Shown here one piece after another: positions 62,720 to 64,000 of a DNA stretch of 64,000 bases. Origin of the DNA: Macrostomum lignano (taxonomy: Eukaryota); the NCBI GenBank assembly GCA_002269645.1, contig NIVC01001743.1, positions 1 to 64,000 of the forward strand. Reading direction: 5' to 3'. The notes below the pieces were generated by a model. The model made no database searches. It was not told the DNA's origin and was given only the letters and a program-made list of their open reading frames with translations. A program made the position numbers and the translations under genes. How positions within the stretch are numbered: position 1 is the first letter of the stretch; each line of letters opens with the position of its first letter.

Positions 62720-63923
62720 ATGTCTTTAGATATTCGTGAAAATGGAGGCATTGGTATCAGCTCGGATACCCAGAATGTAATATACGAGTTCTGCCATTTG
62801 CTTGAAAAATCGAAACAGCTTTTTAACGGACTCAGGTATGATGTTAATAGTTTTTTGTTTAGAGTCTATTTGTTTTAACAATATCAAACTGTGAGGTGGG
62901 ATATGATATTGTTTGGGATAAGAAAGCTGTAGGTTTTATGAATTAAAAGTATGGAACTATTATAAGCAAAAAGTAAAAATGGGCTAATGTTGGGACTGAA
63001 CTAAATATTATTCATATGCTGAATACTACATCATATTATTCATAACATATTATTCATGAGGCTGAATATAGACTGAATATGAATATAGACTATACGTTAA
63101 TATAGTACGAGCTATATGCTTAAATAATGATTAGTAGTTTTAAACATTATCAACATTTACTAGCAAAAGGTTTTTTGATAACTTTTTTAATATTTTGTTT
63201 TTTTGAAATTTTAAGAAGTCAATTAAAATTAATCCTTTGTTATATACCTTATGTTTGCTTTAACATTCTACAAAAAATATAAATTTGAAGTTGATAAATA
63301 TAGCTTTTTATGATTGAAATATTTTGATTTCTTAATTCAGTTTTGTCTAAATCAAGGCATTGCTAGATACTAAGAAGAAAAAACTCAATTTAAATAAGAT
63401 TTTTATTTTCCTAAATTATTTTTTATTTTAAATGTTAAGATTATAATTAAGTTCAAAATGTAGTTTATTTTCATAGATATACAGATCTGTATATCTGATC
63501 TATCAATTATACAGATCTGAAATTAATGGCTAGCTCTGAAGTCGAGTGCTGGATCACAGCGCTATGCCACTGAACTTTTCTAAGACAGTTATGATGTGCT
63601 TGACAATGTGTTTCTATCATAGTTGTTAATGTAACCCACAGGGACCTGCCCCAGTATGGTCACAAGCAGTGGCAGTCGCACTTCGGCCGGGCATTCGATG
63701 TCTACACCAAACTGTGGAAATTCCAACAGCAGCACAGGCAGCTGCTGGATGGAGGCTACGGATTGAAGCGATGGCAGATCGGGGAGATCGCGTCCAAAAT
63801 TGGCCAACTGTATTATCATTATTATCTCCGAACTAGCGAGACTAATTATCTTAATGAGTCTTTTGCATTCTATTCGGCAATTAGATTGCGCGCATACTAT
63901 TCTAAGGCTAATAAAGAGGAAAG
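62720..63923 (+). CDS. SCAI: SCAI (suppressor of cancer cell invasion) homolog, first two coding exons (62720-62835, 63642-63923); continues beyond the window
   Basis: EFCHLLEKSKQLFNGLR|DLPQYGHKQWQSHFGRAFDVYTKLWKFQQQHR..GLKRWQIGEIASKIGQLYYHYYLRTSETNYLNE matches the conserved SCAI N-terminus as I recall it. The intron is phase 2, GT-AG. These exons are absent from the ORF track. Confidence 0.92.
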
Positions 63924-64000
63924 GTTGGTTTGTTTCGTTTCAAATACGTCATTTCATTCCTTACTTCTAGAACTATTAGTCTCACTCCCAGAATCTATTA

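Overview
Eukaryotic (animal) genomic DNA with GC-rich exons and AT-rich introns full of minisatellites. The style resembles a free-living flatworm such as Macrostomum, but that is inference only. Four host genes could be assembled by hand with phase-consistent GT-AG introns: a 3-exon secreted Cys-rich protein (112-2626), a 2-exon highly divergent Ras/Rab-like GTPase (8729-9749), Tousled-like kinase (53298-59499) and the first two coding exons of SCAI (62720-63923). The dominant structure is a ~28.9 kb head-to-tail array of five Helitrons (12705-41624). Four are non-autonomous and one is an apparently intact 9-exon Rep/Helicase element (1740 aa) with STPR-like 23-aa repeats and an OTU-like protease domain. 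All five share a 5' core ending in a tRNA-like A/B-box segment, which is followed by subfamily-specific 23-24 bp satellites. Also present are a Ty3/Gypsy LTR element (4-bp TSD, deleted 5' LTR, nested foreign LTR), a non-autonomous hAT element holding a Penelope GIY-YIG fragment with a hammerhead ribozyme, a MITE with a 9-bp TSD, and a Helitron fragment in a TLK intron that ends at TTAGGG-like repeats. Most long ORFs in the supplied track, including the three ~1430-aa ORFs, are read-throughs of tandem repeats. No CRISPR array or rRNA was found. Coordinates were counted by hand; termini and splice sites should be within a few bp, while satellite edges and copy numbers are approximate.
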